This document shows positions 54,281 to 64,000 of a stretch of 64,000 nt of DNA, piece after piece. A program made the position numbers and the translations under genes. Positions within the stretch are counted from its first letter, which is position 1; each line of letters opens with the position of its first letter. The DNA is from Octopus sinensis (Eukaryota), in NCBI RefSeq assembly GCF_006345805.1, contig NC_043000.1:109492001-109556000 (forward strand), in the 5' to 3' direction. The notes below the pieces were generated by a model. That model had not been told where the DNA came from. It worked only from the letters and a program-made list of their open reading frames with translations, and did not search any database.

Positions 54281-55031
54281 CTATTTTTCTTTTACGAGTC
54301 AGTAATTATCTTCCGAAATTATCAGCCAACACCGTAAGCCCATTCCATTTTTACTCTTAGCATTTCATAACTATAAGCAAGATCATAACATAGTACTAAC
54401 TCGCAACCGACAGGATTTTACAGTGGAAGGATTAAACAAAAATAATAATCTTTTAATAATTCGATTCCCATTTCAGAAAACACCATTCCATGCTCTGATG
54501 AAGTCTCGTTTCTATATCTAATGACTTTGAGTAATTAGTTCCAACATCATTAAAATCACTTTTGTCTCTAACTCTGCTGACGACGCCAATTAGTTCATAT
54601 AAAAGCTTGACTGCTCTTGGCAATAAAATGGTATTATAGACACACATGCATGCACGCATGCCTGCCTGCCTTTCTGCCTGCCTGCCTGCCTGCCTGCCTG
54701 TCTGTCTGTCTGTCTATCTATCTATATCTATACACACACACACACGCACACACATTTATGCATATATACGTACATTCATGTATACATACAAACATATATA
54801 TGTACATACATACACATACACACATACACGTATACATATATACACGTGTTATTTTCCTTTATTTCTTCCGTTTGTTTCGTCTCGGCCAAAATGGTGATGC
54901 AGTAGTTCGATCTTCATTTTTGTATGTTCTGTGTATTCCTTTGTCCTGCCGTCTCCGCATATATTTACGACTCCATTTTGTTTTGTTTCGATGACTTACT
55001 ACATGTAACATTTCTAATTGCTGGAGACTAG

Positions 55032-55089
55032 ATTTCTCCGAATTGCTGGGGATTAAATTTCTCCGGATTGCTGGGGATGAGATTTCTCT
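55032..55089. repeat. 25-bp tandem repeat, about 2.3 units
   Basis: ATTTCTCCG(A/G)ATTGCTGGGGAT twice, plus ATTTCTCT. Confidence 0.8.
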
Positions 55090-55449
55090 GCTCTGGTCGC
55101 GGTGTTTGGCAGATGGCTGAGCTGGCATTTTAGAAGAAAGTCTGATGGCATTTTGGAATTCTCTCGAGAGACTCTTTATACAAATGAAGATCGTTAGATG
55201 TAAAACTATTAATTTAAAAGTTTCTCAGAAGAAAGTTTACACTAATATCGGGATCTGACATTATTTTTCGTTCCTCTCCTTTCTCCTCTCTTCTCTACCG
55301 AATTCCATAACATGATGTTGGAGAATCTCCTACATGTATATAGGTGGGAACGTACCTAGTTCCTGGTAGCATTCCAAAGTACAGAGATGCAGTGCAAAGG
55401 AGCATTCCTACTAGTTAAGTTCATCATCATCATCATCATCATCATCATG

Positions 55450-55705
55450 AACTCTTGGACGTTGCTGTCACGAGTCTCAGAACGTCTAGGGCCGGTTACT
55501 CGGTTTCCTTGCTCTATAAGTGACCGAGATCACAACATTCTCCCCCTTCTCCATCGCAGGGTCACTCATTTACAGCTGGGAAGACTGGAGCAACGTAAAA
55601 TGAAGTGTTTAGTTCAGGAATACAGTGCACCGCCTGCTCCAGGAATCGAAACCGCGATCATGCGTTCCCGAGTGCAACACCCCTAAACAGGAGGCCACAC
55701 ACCTT
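55450..55705 (-). mobile_element. Family B-related SINE with (GAT)n tail (partial copy also at 58285-58405)
   Basis: rc GGTGTGGCC..CGCGGTTTCGATTCCTGG..CACTTCATTTTACGTTGCTCCAG..CCCTGCGATGG..GGAAACCGAGTAACCGGCCC. Confidence 0.75.
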
Positions 55706-56109
55706 CTAGGATCATCGGATAAGTTTATTTTTTTCGAGAAGACCATAGCTGTGGGTTAGGGTCCAAATTGCTTAAAACGGAATTCCAAGAGTACCGATCC
55801 TCTCTCTAAGAGTTCCCACTTAGAATGTGAGAAGCAGTGAGAACTCGATAATTTGTGAATATGCAACTAGGGACCCACCTAAGCCCGGGTCACAATAAGG
55901 TTTAAAGTTTCAAATTGTGTCCTTATTAGTGCAACAGGAAACACTTTATTGGGATCTTTTTTTTTTTTTCCTTAGAAGAGATTTTGAAATTTTGTGAAAA
56001 ATGAAATTCTGTGTTAAGGAATACGAAGTTCTAGCTATAGGAATTATATTTTGGGAATATTCTCACGGGATTGATTTTTCTCCTTTTTCCCTTATTTACA
56101 ATGAAGTCA

Positions 56110-56184
<75 letters not shown>

Positions 56185-57558
56185 CATACATGCTCACACA
56201 CAAACACACACACAAGCACACACACATGCTCACACACAAGCACACACACATCCAGACACACAAACACAACAGACACACACATACAAACACACAAACACAC
56301 ACAGACACACAAATACACACACATCCTGGCACACAAACACGACAGACACACACACAAACATACAAAAACACAAACACGCAAGCATACACAGAAACACACA
56401 CACACATACAAACACACAAACACACACAGACACAAATACACAAACAGACAAACACACACACAAGCACACACACACACATATATAATAGTTAGCGCGTACA
56501 TGTGTGTAGGTTTATATTTATGCAAGGCACTTTCGTATCGAATATTTATACTTTTATTTTGTTATTTTTGAAATCCTTTGACCGTCAAGATCCAAGAGGG
56601 GACAAGCAATCGGTGATTCATGGATTAAACTCTTCCACAGAAAGAGGCTTCCCCCACAATATTCCCAATTCGCTTTGGTGGTTCTGGTTCTTCTAAATCT
56701 AAGGTGGGGTTTATTAGAATATTACCGTTGGTTTTGGGATTCCAACCATCTTCATACCTAACATTGGTCTCACCAGAGTGTTACGTATTCACCAGGTTTT
56801 TCTTTCACCTTTGTATCTGATATGAAACGGCAAATGGGAAACTGTTTCTAGATTTTAATCTTCTGTTCCAGACAGATGAGTGAAAATATTTACACAGCCT
56901 CAACTGCTTACATACATACATACTTGCATACATAAATACATACACACATACATACATACATACATACATACATACATACATACATACATACACACATACA
57001 TACATACATACATGCATACATGCATACATACATACATACATACATACTTGCATACATAAATACATACACACACACATACATACACACATACATACATACA
57101 TACACACATACATACATGCATACAAATACACATACATACATACATACACATACATACACACATACATACATACATACATACATACATACATACATACACA
57201 CACATACATACATACATGCATACATGCATACATACGTACATACGTACATACATACACACATACATACATACATACATACGTACATACATACATACGTACA
57301 TACATACACACACACACACATACATACGTACATGCATTAATACACACACATATTATATACGTGGTAACCAAAGATTTTAATTCCATACTCTTGTTTCACA
57401 TATCTCTCCTCATACAGAATGCATTCCATCCATTTCCCCAAATCTGCGTGGAACCTGCGTATGGATTAACATTTCTAGTTACCACACAAACACATACACA
57501 TACGCACACACGCACACACACACACCTCATACATACACACACACGATATTTGTGTCAG

Positions 57559-57659
<101 letters not shown>

Positions 57660-57894
57660 TTATCTATCTATCTATCTGTATGTGTGTCTGTGTGTGTGTC
57701 TGTGTGTGTGTGTCTGTCTAATGAAGTCAAACCATTTCTTGGTTTGACTTCATTGTACATTATAGCACTTTATGCTTGCAGAAGCTAGCCTTTGCTAACT
57801 CCATTTGTACGGATAATATAACAACGATGTGAAGGCGTATTTTTGTTCGGCTTGAGTTGGAAAGGCCGGTAACGTGTATCGCTTCTAATAATAA

Positions 57895-57930
<36 letters not shown>

Positions 57931-58081
57931 TTTTATTCTTTTATTTGCATCAGTCATTTCATTGTGGCCATGCTGGAAATCGCCCCATGACTTATTCTTT
58001 GTAAGCCTAGTACTTATTCTATCGGTTTCTTTTGCCAATGAAGTGCAAGTTCTTGGCGGGGCCTCCCTTGCTAGACAGGTC

Positions 58082-58155
<74 letters not shown>

Positions 58156-58957
58156 AGACTAATATGGCCGACCTTTTCACAAAAGTAAAAAGGGTTCGCT
58201 TGTGTCAACAACCCTACCAAGAAAACGCAAAGATACGACACGCAGAGGAAACGTTGAATCTATTCTTTGCCATGTTGGTCCCCATATAGATTTAGAGCAA
58301 CGTGAAAATGAAGTGTTTTGCTCAAGAACACAACCTGCTACCCGGTCCGGGAATCGAACACACGATTGTGAGTGCAACACCTAACCTCTAGACCATACGA
58401 CTTCACAAAAATAGACACTCATTAAGAAGGCTTGTTTATTATGAATTAAGGTCGACCATTAGTCGGGATTTTTGATTAAAAGTAATTGCTAATTTGTTAA
58501 ATATTTTTCATTCTTTGACCGATTTTTCTTCCTGAGTCGTTCACATGGGAGGGAAGAGCTCACAATCCTTCTGCCCCACCCTCGACTTATAAAACAATGA
58601 ATATACAGTTATTGATACGGACGTTATAGAGTTTCAAAGCAAACCGATGTAAGACGAGAAAGTGGGGTTAATTAAACAGAAAGCAAACAGAAAGAACTCG
58701 ACAGCAACGAAGAAGGGGAAGGAAGAGGAGGGGATTTTGCATGCATGCGCCGCCTGCATCTGTGTGTGTAGGTACATATATGTTTATATGTAGACATTTG
58801 TGTGTATGTATGTATGTGTGTATGTAGATATGCATCTATGTGTGTGTGAGTGTGTGTACATATATATAAATATACATATGTATACATATATGTACGCGTA
58901 AATATATATATATACATATACAAGAGTTTGTATGTAACATATACAGATATATACAAG

Positions 58958-59053
<96 letters not shown>

Positions 59054-59309
59054 AAGATATAGTGACAAGGTGAGTGGGCGAGAGATGGCAAAATATGTAA
59101 CACACATACATATATATGTAATATATATATGTAATATATATATGTGTGTGAGTGTGTATGCACATACACATATGCGAATATTCTCGTACACATACTGAGT
59201 CACATACATACACACAAATGTTTATGTGTTTAGACATACGAACGCACCTTCTTCATAAATTACATGTGTGACACATTCGTACTCGGCAGAAACTATGCGC
59301 ACGCACACA

Positions 59310-59368
<59 letters not shown>

Positions 59369-60548
59369 AGACACGCTACACACACATACATAGATTTATA
59401 CATATATTCACATACCTATCTAACTCTATGTGCATGGTTATATATATACATATGTGTGTGTGTGTGTGTGTGTGTGTACGTACGCGATCATGCTATTCAT
59501 TATGTACATATAATAATGATGTATGGGTTGGATGTATAGGGCAGCACCAATATTTCTGAGACGAAAAAAAAAAAAAAGAAGCGTGCAGCTTCGAAGAATT
59601 CTCGCAATTTCCCTAGGTTATTGTTAAATGTTACATCTTCATAGTTTGGCCCTGTCTGTAATTCTTGCGGAATATTGGCTGCGAAGCGGTAACATATTTG
59701 CATGAAAGCGAAATATTCCAGGAATACTTATGACCGACTGCTTATTTTAAATACGAAACGGCAAACTGGAATTGGCAGAAAGGCATTCAATGTTTGTATC
59801 ATATCTTAGAAGAATTGGCAGCGAAAAACATAAAATCTTGAGTATCGGATATTATACTATCTCGAGTTGAATCAATAGCAAAAAATCTATCTTTCCTCCC
59901 CTTACGAAGAAGCAAAGAAAAAACTAAGTCAATAAAAAATAAGTGTTTTTGATATGATCTCCATTATGAATATGTGTGAAGAAATTAATATATCCCAGTT
60001 GACTTTTACAAAGTTGAACGGCCTTTTCCTGTGTTTCTGTTTTTTTATTTCTCCGTTCTTATTAACACTAGAAAGGCCATGCACGCAACTTTGTATGTTT
60101 CTGATAAGTTTAAATCCGTATCCGTTTTACATCATCTCCCGTTGTTCAGCGCGCGCGAGCACGCGTGTGTGTATGCATGTGTTTGTGTGTGTGTGTGTGT
60201 GTGTTTGTGCGTGTGTGGTATCGTTATGCTTGTTGAGTGTGGTGGTTGATGCTAACGAATGTTTTCTGGTGTTGTTGGCAAATAGGGGGGGCGGCGGTGC
60301 ATTTGGCAGGTGTTAATGTCTGTTCGCGGCATCTACATCAGTTTTATCAACCCCAATGTGAAAGTCTGCCATCTTAAAGGCCCCAAACGAGTAAAAACAA
60401 CATGTATGCACCATGTGGAATATACAGTGTTTGGCTAAATTTTATTGTCTCATTTTTCCTTAGTATTCAAGTAGACAGCATCTCTTTTCAAACGAATAAC
60501 ACTTATAGACATAGGCATGACTGTGTGGTTAGGAAGCTGGCTTCACAA

Positions 60549-60705
60549 GCACCATCTCACAGCTCCAAACAAGCATAACACTGGATTCAGAAAAGAATTC
60601 CGTTGTTCATAGGTAGGGATGTATGGCCCTCAAGAAGCCCCAATCTCAACCCGTTGGATTTTTGTTTGGTCCATTTTGGAGACGAGGGCCTCAAGCACTC
60701 CTCAT
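60549..60705 (+). pseudogene. DD37D (maT-type) transposase fragment
   Basis: APSHSSKQA*HWIQKRIPLFIGRDVWPSRSPNLNPLDFC..WSILE. The spacing fits DD37D. Confidence 0.75.
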
Positions 60706-60794
60706 TTCGTATTTTGTTTTGTTTTTACTGTGAGGTAGGTTCACCTGGGACTTTCGACAGGAAGAGGTCCAGCTTTGATTTAAAACCCCTACAT

Positions 60795-61775
60795 CTACAT
60801 AATCCACATTGCCTGATATTTTAAGGATCTGAGCGGTGATTCGTGATGTGCAAGGTGCTTTCCCTGTCTTCATATCCTTAATTGCTTTATCTACCAGGGT
60901 AGCTGGTCCCTCATTTGGGTCAACATTTGGCAGACTCTCCTCTTCCCATTCATTCTCCACATTCAGCAGTCTTTCATAATGGCATCTCCATGGCCTCCTT
61001 CTTTTCAGAATCATTAAATGCAAGGATACCATTATCCATGTAGACACATTTCTCTCCTATGACATCATGCTTTTCTCCCACACACTGTCTTGCTATCCGA
61101 AATACTTCAGTTCTCTGGTCCTCACATTGGCAATCATCTTTTCTACTACTCCCTTGGATATATATGTAGCTGTCTCCTAGCTTCCCTTCTGGCTATCTGA
61201 TACAGTCCCCTGCTACCCCCACTCTTCCAGGCCTGTTTCTTTTCTTTAATGTCTCTGTCTACAGTATTGTTCCACCACCATGTCACTCTAGGTCTGGAAG
61301 GGACTTTGCACAAGACACAGATTTAGTCTTTGGCACTCAGCAAGCTGTCTCGCAGGAATTCCCAGCTGCCTTCTATGTCACAGGACTGTAGTTCCTCCTC
61401 CCTCTCATCAAATTTCTCAGTAAGGATATCCATAAATCTCTGAACATGTGAAGGGTTCTTAAGCTTCCAACTTCTTCTTTTCCAGATTGGTCTGCTTTTT
61501 GGCATCCTTCTGGCCTCCAGTCTAAAGTCACTAGTAACTGGTCTATGCTTGGGGTACACTCTTCATCAGCGAGGTTCTCTGTATTTAAGAGCATCTCGCT
61601 GTCTGGTGAGAATGAAATCAATCTGGCTAGCATAGTCACCTGATTGATAAGTTATCAGGTGGCTGGCTAGCTTCCTGGAGTTGGTGTTGTCAATCAATAG
61701 GTTATTTGCATCACAGAACTCCAGGAGCCTAGTTCCCTCTTCATTTCTGGTACCAATTCCATGACCCCCATGTAC
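60795..61775 (-). pseudogene. RTE-clade LINE fragment (endonuclease C-terminus to RT start)
   Basis: HGGHGIGTRNEEGTRLLEFCDANNLLI..ITYQSG..SQIDFIL; TWWWNNTV; WRCHYERLLNVENEW..KAIKDMKTGKAP. Confidence 0.88.
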
Positions 61776-62228
61776 AGTAAAAACATGTTTTTACTGTCCT
61801 GTTCTTGTTACCACTTTTACCCTTCCGCAAAAAAAAATCCCAAATTTTATTTAATTTGCTTTGCGAGAAGGACTGTTTCAATGGAGTTGCGTCTTGTCCT
61901 TACCTTCGGAACGCGGAGTAGCCGAAACAGGAACAACTGAAGAAGGGGAATATCCCTTGTGTTGTATGTCTTGTACTCTGTTTTTTCGTTGTTTGAAAAA
62001 AAGTTCGTTTCCATGTTTTTGTTTTTATGTTTTCATTTCTCATTGTGTTCAACGTTTTTTTGGTGTCCTGTACTCATATATGCATGTATATATACTTATA
62101 GATGTAGGTATGTACATATATGTATGTATATATGCATATGTTTATATATTATTTATGTCATTACATATTTACTTACACAAGTATGCTCACACACATGTTT
62201 GTATTTATGCATGTATGTAACTGTATCT

Positions 62229-62271
<43 letters not shown>

Positions 62272-62329
62272 ATATATATATATACATATATATATATATG
62301 CACGTAGATAAAATAGGTATATGTGCCAG

Positions 62330-62598
62330 CCCGTAACACCAAAAATGAACTGAAGGCAAAGATTATGGCAGCATTCACAAACTGAATCAAAAGGGCCATC
62401 CAGAAGAGTTGCAGGAGATTCCAAAGTCGTCTGGAGGCCGTGGTCGAAGCCAATGGCGATTTTGTTGAATATATTTACTCTTTAGTATTTCAAGATATTT
62501 TTATGTAATTTTGGTAAATATATCTGTTAAAACGAGATGTCAATGTTATTTTCATTTTTGTGTAATTTAGACGACAGTTTATTCACCGCACTCTGTAC
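62330..62598 (+). mobile_element. maT/mariner-group 3' end with TIR
   Basis: NTKNELKAKIMAAF..IQKSCRRFQSRLEAVVEANGDFVE, ending TTATTCACCGCACTCTG|TA. Confidence 0.75.
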
Positions 62599-62636
62599 AC
62601 CCCACCCCATATATGTATATACATATATACATGCAT

Positions 62637-62829
62637 GTGGCTGTGTGGTAAGTAGCTTGCTAACCAACCACATGGTTCCGGGTTCAGTCCCACTGCGTGG
62701 CATCTTGGGCAAGTGTCTTCTGCTATAGCCCCGGGCCGACAATGCCTTGTGAGTGGATTTGGTAGACGGAAAACTGAAAGAAGCCTGTCGTATGGTATAT
62801 ATATATATATTATATAATATATTATATAT

Positions 62830-62861
<32 letters not shown>

Positions 62862-63072
62862 GTATGTGTGGTCTGTGTTTGTCTCCCTAGCATTGCTTGA
62901 CAACCAATGCTGGTGTGTTTACGTCCCGTCACCTAGCGGTTCGGCAAAAGAGGACCGATAGAATAAATTACTGGGCTTACAAAGAATACGTCCCGGGGTC
63001 GATTTGCTCGACTAAAGGCGGTGCTCCAGCATGGCCGCAGTCAAATGACTGAAACAAGTAAAAGAGTAAAGA
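62637..63072 (+). mobile_element. CORE-type SINE family A, young copy
   Basis: GTGGCTGTGTGGTAAGTAGC..CTTGGGCAAGTG..(TA)n..AAGTAAAAGAGTAAAGAG. Confidence 0.92.
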
Positions 63073-64000
63073 GTATAGATATATAGACGTATATATATTA
63101 TAATATATATATATATATAATATATATATGATAATATATAATACTATATATATATATATATATAATATCTATATATACATATACATATAAAATACATACA
63201 CACACATACATACATAAATATATATATATATATTATATATATATATATTATAATATATATATATATATGTATGTATGTATATATCTGTTTATTTATAGCG
63301 GACGCACGCATGCACCGCATATTTCGGTACATATATGTGTATATATTATACGTGTATGAGAGTATTTGTGCACCTGGCAAGGAGTAGGCCAAGCAATGTG
63401 TACTGTGAAGTCATCTCAATTACATTTCATTGTTTATTATGCTCTGCATAAATGTTCGCCGTCGCTTTCTTGTTTGCCTTATTATAATTGTGCAGGAATC
63501 TTGTCCCTATCTCTATCATTAGCACCCGCTGACCCATACCAATTAAAACAGTATAGCGTGAAAAGTAAATAAAATACTTACTTGAATTACGAAAGAAATA
63601 CTCTCCAAAAGTAAAAAGAGAGAACGAGATCCTCCTAGAAATTTCTCAAAATCTTATTAAATTCGCCAGAAAAGGGTCGGATTTTGATGGCCCTTGAAGC
63701 TGGAAAAAACAACGGATAAAAGAAATAGATCACGAAAATTAACTGAAAAACAGAACACCACATATTGGCTTGAAAATTGATATTTTACATATGATGATAG
63801 TAAATATGTGAAACTATATATATGTAACCGAAATTGATATATCTATAATGGTTGTCAGATATGTAAAGCTCTGTTAGTAACCAAAATTGGCATCATATAT
63901 ATTATAATATATATTAATATATATATATAATATATAATATATATATAGATATATAACATATATTATAATGTGTGAAATTTGATTTAGTATTTCTAAATTG

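Noticed and set aside
54496-54530. CTGATGA as a hammerhead core
   Set aside because: No correctly placed GAAA or stems.

Overview
AT-rich, microsatellite-saturated eukaryotic DNA with no supportable intact host protein-coding gene. The SINE families look like those of Octopus or another coleoid cephalopod (inference from recognised repeat sequences). Nearly all ORFs in the track are (TA)n/(CA)n/(CATA)n/(TAA)n artefacts. The real content is a layered transposon landscape: a full-length but frameshifted DD37E (TRT-type) Tc1-like element with short TIRs plus inner direct repeats; DD41D and DD37D mariner-group relics; a Helitron stack; R4/Dong-like LINE fragments, all inside (TAA)n; two Tx1-clade LINE copies in tandem inside (TATC)n, one with an intact endonuclease ORF but no RT; RTE, HERO and Penelope relics; and three abundant tRNA-derived SINE groups with swappable 3' tails. 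The most notable observations are three. One SINE tail matches the Tx1 LINE 3' end (40/47 nt). Different LINE clades sit in different microsatellite types. The Dong 3' UTR carries a covarying stem-loop. Unique, motif-dense islands between the repeats may be cis-regulatory elements or short exons of an unseen host gene. All alignments and translations were done by eye, and most boundaries are approximate.
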